From Pirellula staleyi DSM 6068 (lineage in GTDB: Bacteria; Planctomycetota; Planctomycetia; Pirellulales; Pirellulaceae): a stretch of 32,000 nucleotides of DNA. The stretch covers positions 3,480,001 through 3,512,000 of the forward strand of contig CP001848.1 in the NCBI GenBank assembly GCA_000025185.1, in the 5' to 3' direction. The notes beneath the pieces are model-generated. The model did not search any database. It had not been told where the DNA came from and saw only the letters and a program-made list of their open reading frames with translations. The translations under genes and the position numbers were made by a program. Below are positions 8,997 to 17,064 of this stretch, one piece after another (positions within the stretch are counted from its first letter, which is position 1; each line of letters opens with the position of its first letter).

Positions 8997-9929
8997 TTAG
9001 CCTCGCTGAATTGCCGACCGTCGCATGCGCTGCCTAAATGTCAGGTAGCTTCCGAGTACGGCATCAAGCGGGTCTTTGGTGTTCATCAGGACGTAGTCGA
9101 CGCCGCTCGATGCACAGGTCTTCTTCACGTCGGCCAAAAAGTTGCCGACTGCTTCGAGATAACCCTTGCGAAGTGCGCGAGGCTCGGTGTGCAGCTGCAC
9201 ATCGGTCTCGAGTCCTCGGAAGAGGGTGTTGTCTTGAAACGGGAAGGTCAACTCGTCGTCGTGCATCACATGAAACACGACAACTTCGTGGCGACGAAGG
9301 CGAAATTGCTTCAAGGCTTCGTTGAGTGTGGCAAGATCGAGAAAAAGGTCGGAGACCAAAATCACCATGCCGCGACGACGGACTTGCTGCGCGAGTTGGG
9401 GAAATACCTGCGCAACATCCGACGTTTCATCGGGGGTGGTGTTCTCCAGTTCGTGAAGCATCAGTTTGAGATGATTCGGGTGCGAACTAGCAGGGAGATT
9501 TTTGGTGATGCGGTTGTTGAAGGTCACCAGACCGACCGCATCTTGCTGCTGCTGCATCAAGTACGCCAGACTCGCAGTGGCTGTCGCGGCATAGTCGAAT
9601 TTGGAAGGCCCCTCGCCATACTTCATGCTCTTACTGCAGTCGAGAATGAGTGTGCATTTGAGGTTGGTTTCTTCCTCATACTCTTTGATGTAGAGACGAT
9701 CGGTTTTCGACCAGACTTTCCAGTCGATATGACGCAGGTCGTCGCCGGGGGTGTATTCGCGGTGCGTGGCAAATTCCACGGCGAAACCGTTATAGGGACT
9801 CCGATGCTGACCGGTGATGAAGCCTTCCACCACCAGCCGGGCGCGCACATCGAGTCGCTTCACGCGATCGAGCGTTTTCCAGTCGAGATAGCGAGGCTGA
9901 TTCGTTGCCCCAGGGCTCGTGACAGACAT
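8997..9929 (-). CDS. DUF58 family protein (vWA-like, MoxR-associated)
   Basis: The DUF58 signature reads GQHRSPYNGFAVEFATHREYTPGDDLRHIDWKVWSKTDRLYIKEYEEETN. LILDCSKSM gives a DxSxS motif. The gene sits directly downstream of moxR. Confidence 0.9.
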   Translation of the reverse strand: MSVTSPGATNQPRYLDWKTLDRVKRLDVRARLVVEGFITGQHRSPYNGFAVEFATHREYTPGDDLRHIDWKVWSKTDRLYIKEYEEETNLKCTLILDCSKSMKYGEGPSKFDYAATATASLAYLMQQQQDAVGLVTFNNRITKNLPASSHPNHLKLMLHELENTTPDETSDVAQVFPQLAQQVRRRGMVILVSDLFLDLATLNEALKQFRLRRHEVVVFHVMHDDELTFPFQDNTLFRGLETDVQLHTEPRALRKGYLEAVGNFLADVKKTCASSGVDYVLMNTKDPLDAVLGSYLTFRQRMRRSAIQRG

Positions 9930-9993
9930 CGTTGCAGGTTCGACTTTCGATTCTGAAGTGAGAACTACGAGGCCTTACGATCGCGGGTATCGA

Positions 9994-11058
9994 TTAGCTG
10001 CCAAATGCGCGAGCCAGAGCGGGGGGAACTTCGTCGCCAGCGCTACGTTGTGGAATGTCGGTGAGCAAGCGATCGATCACCTTATCGCTGGTGATGCCAC
10101 TCGACTCGGCGTTGAAGTTGGTGATCACGCGGTGACGAAGCACCGGATGGGCCACGGCGCGAATATCGTCGGTGGTGACAAAGAATCGCCCTTCGAGCAT
10201 CGCCCGAGCCTTCCCTCCCAGCAGCAGATACTGCATACCGCGAGGACCGGCACCCCAGCTGACCCAGTCCTTCATGAAGGCGGGTGCCTCTTGCTCGTGC
10301 ACGCGTGTGGCGCGAACCAAGCGGAGTGCGTAGTGAATCACATGCGGGGCAACCGGCACGCGGCGCACCAGTTGTTGCAAACGAATGATATCTTCAGCCG
10401 ACAGCACTTCTGTGACCGTCACGCTGCTAGGGGACGTGGTCGATTCCGCAATGCGATACTCTTCGTCGTAGCTGGGGTACTTCACGAAGACTTTGAACAT
10501 GAAGCGGTCTTGCTGGGCTTCAGGGAGAGGATAAGTACCCTCTTGTTCAATCGGGTTTTGCGTCGCGAGCACAAAGAACGGCGAGGGGAGCGTATGTCGC
10601 TGACCACCGATCGTCACCTGTCGCTCTTGCATCGCTTCGAGCATCGCGGCTTGCGTCTTGGGCGGCGTACGATTGATTTCGTCGGCCAGCACGATGTTCG
10701 AGAAGACCGGACCGGTGAGAAACTTAAACGCTCGTTCGCCGGTCGAGCGATTCTCTTGAATCACTTCGGTGCCGGTGATGTCGCTCGGCATCAAGTCGGG
10801 GGTGAATTGAATGCGGCTGAAGAGGAGCTTCAGCGACTTGGCCAGCGTGCTGACCATCAACGTCTTCGCCAGACCTGGCACACCTTCGAGCAAGCAGTGC
10901 CCTTGGGCAAAAATGGCGACGAGCAGCTGCTCGATCACAAGTTCCTGACCGACGATCACTTTGCCGAGTTCGGCCCGCACTGAAGCGTACGCCTTCTTCA
11001 GGTTCTCGAGCGCCTGCAAATCGTCAGCCGATGGTGCCTGATGAGTCTCTTGCGACAT
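9994..11058 (-). CDS. MoxR-family AAA+ ATPase
   Basis: Walker A is GVPGLAKT, Walker B is [24 protein letters not shown], and the [22 protein letters not shown] motif is present. The length of 354 aa is typical for the family. Confidence 0.95.
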   Translation of the reverse strand: MSQETHQAPSADDLQALENLKKAYASVRAELGKVIVGQELVIEQLLVAIFAQGHCLLEGVPGLAKTLMVSTLAKSLKLLFSRIQFTPDLMPSDITGTEVIQENRSTGERAFKFLTGPVFSNIVLADEINRTPPKTQAAMLEAMQERQVTIGGQRHTLPSPFFVLATQNPIEQEGTYPLPEAQQDRFMFKVFVKYPSYDEEYRIAESTTSPSSVTVTEVLSAEDIIRLQQLVRRVPVAPHVIHYALRLVRATRVHEQEAPAFMKDWVSWGAGPRGMQYLLLGGKARAMLEGRFFVTTDDIRAVAHPVLRHRVITNFNAESSGITSDKVIDRLLTDIPQRSAGDEVPPALARAFGS

Positions 11059-11536
11059 GTTGCCAAATCCTGATGTCTCGAAGCGAGAAGTGTTGATGGA
11101 TGGAAGGTTGGTCGATTCGCGTTCAGCAGCGTCAGTTGCCGTGGTTCACACCTAAGACGAATTGGCCGGAGGAATCGTTTTGGACTCGATCACCGGGCAA
11201 TGGTCTCTGGCAGCAAACAGGGCAAACGATCCGCACGCGCCTCCGATTTTGAAGGTTGGAGCAGTGTTTGCCACGGAGTTTGCCGTTGTGGTGAGTGACT
11301 TTGGCGAGGGGAAAGGTTCAAGCAGTTTCGTGCGTGCTAGGCTGAATTCCCCAGCCCGTGGGGGAGAGGCGATTTCTATTCTAAATTCTGGCCAGCCAGA
11401 TACCAGCGAAATGCTTGCTCCAAGGGGAAACTTCGTCGACAATTCTTGACAGCCGAAGTGGTTGTCGCGATTCGAGTTCTGAAAATGCTCGCCTTGCCGA
11501 CAACAGCCCTAAGTCTCCTTCTCTGCGCGTGGCACT

Positions 11537-12628
11537 ATGCTCGACCCAGCCTTCGCAAATTTGGTGAAGGAAACGACGTCGCACCGACGTCCAGCGGTGT
11601 CGTGGCTGCTCGCCTGCGGATTGCATGGCTGCGTCGCCTTGGGAGGTGCATGGATGTTTGCCAGCAGCGACCTGCCGATGGCCCCTCCGGTGGCTGTTCG
11701 CGAGGCGGGAATCGTCATCGTGACGGCGCATGCGACCCCCCAGTACTTTGCCGAAAACCATTCTAACCGCTCGGCGGACACAACTGGTCAATCTGCTGGC
11801 CAGTCGCCAGATTTTGCGGCATCGCCCGAGGTTAATCCATTACCAATCTCCGCTGAGTTGCCCCAAATCGCTCGCCGTTTGCCGCAGCAGACCGAAGGCC
11901 CACCGTCCGTCGAGGGGACTGAACAAGAGGGGAAGCCAAGCGTGTCGTCGCTCGCCAGTTTTTCGCGCGAGACGAAGTCGCCCGGGGGCCGGCCGCTGCG
12001 CGAGATTCCGTCGATCGATGTTGCGGCTGTTATGGCCGACGAGCTGCGCCGCAATCCGCCAGCCGCCAAGCCGATTGGCGAGGTCGCCAGCTTTTCGATG
12101 TTTGGAGCAACAGCCCGTGGGCGCTCGTTTGTGCTGGTGATCGATCGCTCGCAAAGCATGGGGGGCGAGGGGCTGGGGGCGATCGCTGCCGCGATGCAAG
12201 AGCTTCAAGTGCAACTCGCTGCTCTCACGCCGCAGCAACGTGTGCAAGTGGTGGCGTATAACGATTCCGCAGCGCTCTATGGCGATGGACGACTCGTGCC
12301 GGTCACACCAGCCGAGCAAGAGAAGCTGGTTCGCTTTGTCGGTGGCATTGTGGCCAGTGGCGCCACGGAGCATCGGACCGGCATTCTAGCCGCACTAAGG
12401 CTCGCGCCCGAAGTCGTGTTTTTGCTGACCGATGGAGGTGACCCGCCGCTGTCGAATCACGATTTGCGAACACTGGTCGAAGCCGCCGCTGGTCGGACGC
12501 AGATTATCGTGCTCGAGTTCGGCCGTGGTAAGCTGTCCGAAGAGAATTCGCAGGACGAAAAACTGAAGAAGCTCGCTCAAGCGACTGGCGGCATGTACCG
12601 CTATGTCGATCTGCTCGACGAGCGCTGA
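11537..12628 (+). CDS. Membrane-anchored vWA domain protein, divergent from moxR
   Basis: ATG 11537 was verified. The N-terminal hydrophobic helix is VSWLLACGLHGCVALGGAWMFA. The MIDAS set comprises VLVIDRSQSMGG, SGATEH and FLLTDGGD. A Pro/Ser-rich linker separates the TM helix from the vWA domain. Confidence 0.8.
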   Translation: MLDPAFANLVKETTSHRRPAVSWLLACGLHGCVALGGAWMFASSDLPMAPPVAVREAGIVIVTAHATPQYFAENHSNRSADTTGQSAGQSPDFAASPEVNPLPISAELPQIARRLPQQTEGPPSVEGTEQEGKPSVSSLASFSRETKSPGGRPLREIPSIDVAAVMADELRRNPPAAKPIGEVASFSMFGATARGRSFVLVIDRSQSMGGEGLGAIAAAMQELQVQLAALTPQQRVQVVAYNDSAALYGDGRLVPVTPAEQEKLVRFVGGIVASGATEHRTGILAALRLAPEVVFLLTDGGDPPLSNHDLRTLVEAAAGRTQIIVLEFGRGKLSEENSQDEKLKKLAQATGGMYRYVDLLDER

Positions 12629-12661
12629 AGATGTCGAGGCCTGCACTGCAGCCAGAGCGAA

Positions 12662-13741
12662 TCACGCGAAGTGGGCTGTGAGCGACGCAAGTGCTTGGAC
12701 AGCAAACGCTGTGGCGATCAGGGGGTCGTCTTCGCGCATCCGACTACTGGCATTCGCCCAGCTCCCATCGCGCCGCACTTCTTTTTTCAGCTCTGCCAAG
12801 ATTCCTTTGGCAAAGGTTGCGCGGTTGTTGGGGGTGAAATGGACAAGCAGCGGCGCGAGAGAAGCGTAGTAATAGTAACGCAGGCCGCGCTGCCAATCGA
12901 CTTCCTGAGGGAGCGTTTCAAAACCGGGTACAATCTCGAGATTCAGCTGCTTTTGAAGCCAAACGATAGCCGCGTCACTTTTCCACTCGTGATCAGATTT
13001 TGCTGCGGCCAGTACGAGAACGCCATCGCATGTGGCCGATCCGTAGGGGCGCGCTTCGAGCTGCTTGCTATCGACATAACCGGCTTTGTTGCTGAGCGAC
13101 ATCGGCTCGGTAGTAAATGCAAAGCCTTCCTTGGTGCGGCAGCGATGGACGTAGTCAGTGCCACGCTCGATCGACAGCTCGCGCTCGTTTGTTTCCGGCA
13201 GAGTGAGCAGCGCACGGATCACTAGCGACGTGACGGAAATGCTTGTGCCGGTGGTGATCCCCTGGGCATCTGCGCGTGAGAGAAAATCCCAGCCTCCGTA
13301 CTGCGGATGATCACTCGCAAAACCTCGACCTTCAGTCAGCTGCGATTCGACCAGGAATTTCGCGAGCAGCTCCTCGGTTTTGTCGTTGCGAAAATCGCCC
13401 CCCAGAGCTTGGATTGCGAGTAGCCAATGAGCAGCCGCATAGGTGGGAAAATCGAGTGTTCCATCAGGCGCAGCAGGGGCTTGTTTTTTGGCAAGGCCAG
13501 CCGACAAGAAGGCCTGCCCGCGCAGAAGTTCTGGAGTGAACTTTGCGCGCTGAGCGGCTGGAAGTTTTGCCAGTGTGTAGAGTATCAAGGCCGTGATCGC
13601 GGCCCCATCTTTTAGCTGGCCATAGTGATGCGAATGCCAACCCCCATCGCGTCCGATTTGCAGACGCAAGTACTTCGCGCCACGAACTAACTGCTCGAGC
13701 GATTCCTGCTGAAGTCCCTCGGTCGATGACAAGTCTTGCAT
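12662..13741 (-). CDS. Prenyltransferase/squalene-oxidase (QW) repeat protein, no signal peptide
   Basis: This is ORF 12662..13813 (TTG at 13813) trimmed to ATG 13741, which lies 5 nt after the upstream stop at 13747. QW-like motifs include RGAKYLRLQIGRDGGWHS, HPQYGGWDF and EVRRDGSWAN. Confidence 0.8.
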   Translation of the reverse strand: MQDLSSTEGLQQESLEQLVRGAKYLRLQIGRDGGWHSHHYGQLKDGAAITALILYTLAKLPAAQRAKFTPELLRGQAFLSAGLAKKQAPAAPDGTLDFPTYAAAHWLLAIQALGGDFRNDKTEELLAKFLVESQLTEGRGFASDHPQYGGWDFLSRADAQGITTGTSISVTSLVIRALLTLPETNERELSIERGTDYVHRCRTKEGFAFTTEPMSLSNKAGYVDSKQLEARPYGSATCDGVLVLAAAKSDHEWKSDAAIVWLQKQLNLEIVPGFETLPQEVDWQRGLRYYYYASLAPLLVHFTPNNRATFAKGILAELKKEVRRDGSWANASSRMREDDPLIATAFAVQALASLTAHFA

Positions 13742-13746
13742 CGACG

Positions 13747-14874
13747 TTATGCCTGCGAGATAGGCAGGTAGCGATTGGGAGCGCTCAGCACCAGGATCGC
13801 TGCAGCCGTGCAAAACGTGCGGCTGGTGATGCAGTGATGGCCGGTCCAGCTGCCGTCGCTATTTTGCACGCCGACAATCCTGTCGCGAACGGTGGGGAAC
13901 CATTTGCTCCAACCTTCGCCACCTTCCTGCAGCATCGTTTCGGTGATGAGATGGAACGCGAGATATTCTTCGCCACCTGCTTGCGAGAAAGCGGTGTTGT
14001 CTTTGTTGACGAGCTGCAGCACATCGGCGAAGGCCTTCTTAGCTGCTGGTTCGTTTTCCATACCCAGAGCATACAGAACACGAACACCGGTCGCATTTTT
14101 GTAGAGCGTGTGCATCCAGCTTCCCTGATTGGGATTGGTCGCCGCGCTCATTTGCTGCAGCAAGTGCTTGGCGGTGAGGTCGGGTGAGCCACCCACTTTC
14201 AGCCCTGAATAATGAGCCGCTCGCAAAGCCACCCAGCCCATCACGGTACCTAAGGTCGGAGCCCAACTCTGATTGCCCCAATGTCCCTCGGCGGTTTGCG
14301 AGCCCACGATTGCTGCGACCACACGTCGCAAGGCATCGCGTACCGGATCGGTGTCCCAACCTTCGCCAATCGCTTCGGCCAGATAAAGTGCCGCAAAGAA
14401 GCTGTGGGCATGTCGGCCAATTTTGTTTTGCAGCTGCGTCCCTTGCATCGAAGTGATGTCGTCGGCTGGCATCACTTCCGTTGCTTGGATCAGGTACGAA
14501 ACGATCCGCTGCACTTCGCGACTCCGTGGCCCCTCCACCGGCGTGTTGCCTGTGGCCATGAGCGCAAGTCCCACCATCGAGGAGCAACCAATGTCGGTCG
14601 GCTGACCAATATCGACTCCGCAACCACCGTCGCGGTGCATCGTCTTCATCAGCCACTCGACCCCTCGGCGAATCGACACTTCGCTCTGCGGCGTGAACTC
14701 TTCGAACGTGGCGGCTGCCGTCGCAGGAGCTGTCGACGCAGGGGCTGTTTTCTTTTCGTCACCTTCGGCGGCCCAAACGCGGGCTCGGTATCCGGCCAAT
14801 CCTGCCGCAGCAAGCGTTGCCGCTGAAATGCCCGAAGTCGTTAGCCAGTCGCGACGTGTGAACCGCTTACTCAT
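13747..14874 (-). CDS. Tat-signal prenyltransferase/squalene-oxidase (QW) repeat protein
   Basis: ATG 14874 is preceded by GGGGAG with a 10-nt spacer. MSKRFTRRDWLTTSGISAATLAAAGLAGYRARVWA is a twin-arginine signal (TRRDWL). Exact QxxxGxW motifs are SQTAEGHWG and VQNSDGSWTG, and HRDGGCG is also present. Confidence 0.8.
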   Translation of the reverse strand: MSKRFTRRDWLTTSGISAATLAAAGLAGYRARVWAAEGDEKKTAPASTAPATAAATFEEFTPQSEVSIRRGVEWLMKTMHRDGGCGVDIGQPTDIGCSSMVGLALMATGNTPVEGPRSREVQRIVSYLIQATEVMPADDITSMQGTQLQNKIGRHAHSFFAALYLAEAIGEGWDTDPVRDALRRVVAAIVGSQTAEGHWGNQSWAPTLGTVMGWVALRAAHYSGLKVGGSPDLTAKHLLQQMSAATNPNQGSWMHTLYKNATGVRVLYALGMENEPAAKKAFADVLQLVNKDNTAFSQAGGEEYLAFHLITETMLQEGGEGWSKWFPTVRDRIVGVQNSDGSWTGHHCITSRTFCTAAAILVLSAPNRYLPISQA

Positions 14875-15130
14875 CGAAAAGATCTCCCCGGTGGGCCCGC
14901 TCTGCGATGGTCGCCAGAAGCTACATTCGCAGAAAGGACGCAGGCCTCGATTATCGAGTCCTGCGCGAGCCGCGTCAAACATTCGTTACGAGCGCGGAGC
15001 GATTTTGGCTCCGGGTGAAACTACGATAAACCTTGACCCTTAGTGCACTTTGCCCTGGTCCAGGTTTTCAGAAACTCCTAAAATTTAAGTCTGGTTCGCC
15101 TTTTCTCTGCTAGCGTTCAAAAGCGGTCTC

Positions 15131-17041
15131 ATGGGTTATCGCAGCCTCAAAAAATATCTCGGGGAGACAAATCTCGAGCGCAAGTGCCGCTGGCTCTTCG
15201 GTATTTGTTTGTTTGGGCTGATTTTCTTTGCGTTCTTCCTGGTCGATTGGATCGGCGAAGACCTGGTGAAACGAAACATTCACCGCAATGGCCGCGAATG
15301 GGTACGCGATTTCCTCTACGACGCTCACTGGGAAGCCTGGGAAACCGATCCCACCAAAAAACCGGTCCGGGCGACCCTCAGCCGACTGCTGCTGCCGCAA
15401 AAGTTCGAGGCTCGCGTGATCGCCCTCGATCGCTCGCTCGTCGATGCCATGAATCAAGAGGGGCTGAACTTTCGCGAAGGTGAGAACCAGCAGCCTCGTC
15501 AGCGATTGTGGGCACCCGACGATCCTGAAGAAGCCAAACTGCTAGAGTCTCTGAAAAGCGATTTCGAGAAAGCACTCGCTCCCAAACCTGCGCTCACTTC
15601 CCCCTCCGATGCGCCGCTTCCTCCCGACGATCCGCTGGCGGAGACTTCCGGCGGTTTTGAAGTCTCCGACGAGGATGAACCGTTCAAAGCGCATCCCGAC
15701 CCTGAAAGTGGCCGGTACTATTTCTATCAACCAGTCTCGTGGCAGCATAATTTTTGCAAAAGCTGCCACGAAGGTTCGTATGGCAAGTTCGCCATGAGCG
15801 CGTCGGAATCGTTTGCGCCGCAGGAAGCCGATCTGCCGTTCTTGGTGGTTCGTGTTGCGCTTCCCTATAGCGACGCGCGTGCGGCGATCAACTGGACACG
15901 CGCCGTGCTGCTGGCGGTCGGCATTCTTACGGTCTTCATGTCGATGGTGGCGCTCTGGATGGTGGTGAAGTACGTCGTCATCAAGCCACTTTCGCACCTG
16001 CGAAGTGTGAGCGAAGCGGTGACGCGTGGCGATCTTCAGCAGCGGGCCGATATTCACACGAACGACGAATTCGAAGATCTCGCCGCATCGTTCAACAAGA
16101 TGCTCCGCCACTTAACCGACGCGCAGTCGGAACTGAAAGAAGCCAACTACGATCTCGATGCGAAAGTCGATCAGCTCGCGCAGCTGAATATGCGATTGCA
16201 TGAAATGAATCGTCTGAAGGGCGAGTTTCTCGCGAATATGAGCCACGAACTGCGCACCCCGCTCAACAGCATCATCGGGTTTTCCGAAGTGCTGGCCGGA
16301 ATCGATTCGCTCACCGATAAGCAAAAGCGTTACGCACAAAACATTCAAAAGTCGGGCCGTTCGCTCCTCGAAATGATCAACGACATCCTGGATCTCGCCA
16401 AACTCGAGGCGGGAAAAATGGATGTGCGTTTGAGTGAATTTCGTATCGATTCGATTCTTTCGGCTCACTGCGACATGGTGCGATCGCTCACCGAAGATAA
16501 GAACATCGATCTCGTCCTCGATATCGAAAACGATCTGCCGGCCCTCTATCAGGATCAAGCCAAGCTGCAGCAAATCCTGACGAATCTGCTCAGCAACGCT
16601 ATCAAGTTCACCCCCGAAGGTGGTCGCATCACCGTTGGCGCGAAAGGGGATTCGCGAGGTTTCATCGAGATGTATGTCTCCGACACTGGCGTGGGAATTG
16701 CCGATGCCGACAAAGAAATCATCTTCGAGAAGTTTCGCCAAGGGACCGCTGTGCTCGGTCGTGACAATCTCACGCGCGAGTACTCGGGAACCGGCCTGGG
16801 ACTCTCGATCGTTAAAGAGCTTTGCAAACTTCTCGGTGGTGAAGTGAGCGTCGAAAGTGAACTCGGACGCGGCAGCACGTTCCGTGTAACGATTCCTTGG
16901 ATGCGTGCCGATCAACCACAAGCAGCAGCGAAGTTGCAATCGCGACTCGATGATCTGACCAAGCCACGGCGGCTCGATTTTCAGCGTGGCGATGAACCCG
17001 ACACAACTTCCTCGAGTCAGCCAGCCGCTGCCGGTTCTTAG
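15131..17041 (+). CDS. Sensor histidine kinase (2 TM, extracytoplasmic loop with CXXCH, HAMP, HisKA, HATPase_c)
   Basis: TM1 is WLFGICLFGLIFFAFFLV and TM2 is AVLLAVGILTVFMSMVALWMVV. The HAMP region reads PLSHLRSVSEAVTRGDLQQRADIHTNDEFEDLAASFNKM. The H-box is FLANMSHELRTPLNSIIGF, the N-box is LLSNAIKFTPEGG, and the G-boxes are DTGVGI and GTGLGLS. No response regulator gene is present in the window. Confidence 0.9.
   Translation: MGYRSLKKYLGETNLERKCRWLFGICLFGLIFFAFFLVDWIGEDLVKRNIHRNGREWVRDFLYDAHWEAWETDPTKKPVRATLSRLLLPQKFEARVIALDRSLVDAMNQEGLNFREGENQQPRQRLWAPDDPEEAKLLESLKSDFEKALAPKPALTSPSDAPLPPDDPLAETSGGFEVSDEDEPFKAHPDPESGRYYFYQPVSWQHNFCKSCHEGSYGKFAMSASESFAPQEADLPFLVVRVALPYSDARAAINWTRAVLLAVGILTVFMSMVALWMVVKYVVIKPLSHLRSVSEAVTRGDLQQRADIHTNDEFEDLAASFNKMLRHLTDAQSELKEANYDLDAKVDQLAQLNMRLHEMNRLKGEFLANMSHELRTPLNSIIGFSEVLAGIDSLTDKQKRYAQNIQKSGRSLLEMINDILDLAKLEAGKMDVRLSEFRIDSILSAHCDMVRSLTEDKNIDLVLDIENDLPALYQDQAKLQQILTNLLSNAIKFTPEGGRITVGAKGDSRGFIEMYVSDTGVGIADADKEIIFEKFRQGTAVLGRDNLTREYSGTGLGLSIVKELCKLLGGEVSVESELGRGSTFRVTIPWMRADQPQAAAKLQSRLDDLTKPRRLDFQRGDEPDTTSSSQPAAAGS
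15755..15769 (+). other. CXXCH (CKSCH) c-type heme attachment motif inside the kinase sensor loop
   Basis: The codons TGC AAA AGC TGC CAC were read directly at 15755-15769, in the context YYFYQPVSWQHNFCKSCHEGSYGKF between TM1 and TM2. Confidence 0.6.
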
Positions 17042-17064
17042 TCCGAGCGAGCCTCGCTGATCGA

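Noticed and set aside
9919-10983. A 354-aa plus-strand ORF, the same length as the moxR ORF and almost fully overlapping it.
   Set aside because: It is an antisense shadow frame typical of GC-rich coding DNA. Its sequence is Arg/His/Gly-rich with no motifs, while the minus-strand frame has complete MoxR Walker A/B and sensor motifs.
11152-11449. Two mutually antisense ORFs of 95-96 aa in the moxR/vWA intergenic region.
   Set aside because: The plus-strand ORF starts with TTG. I saw no Shine-Dalgarno sequence and no motifs in either, and their composition does not look like that of the neighbouring genes. The region is kept only as an unexplained long intergenic stretch.
11530-11544. A TGGCAC-N5 element resembling a sigma-54 -24 box.
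   Set aside because: The -12 position reads TCGA rather than TTGC, and the element overlaps the ATG of the vWA gene.
13742-13813. Longer starts for the QW-repeat genes: TTG at 13813 for the first and ATG at 14982 for the second.
   Set aside because: The 13813 start overlaps the upstream gene by 67 nt. ATG 14874 has a GGGGAG Shine-Dalgarno sequence and places the twin-arginine motif at the normal distance from the N-terminus.
15056-15084. A TAAAAT hexamer at 15079-15084, considered as a -10 box for the kinase promoter.
   Set aside because: The hexamer at the -35 position (tggtcc, 17-bp spacer) is poor. Planctomycetal promoter consensus is uncertain, so this is not reportable as a feature.
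17044-17059. A palindrome, AGCGAG-c-CTCGCT, between the convergent kinase and moeA genes, considered as a bidirectional terminator.
   Set aside because: The loop would be 1 nt, leaving an effective stem of about 4 bp. There is no T-run on either strand.
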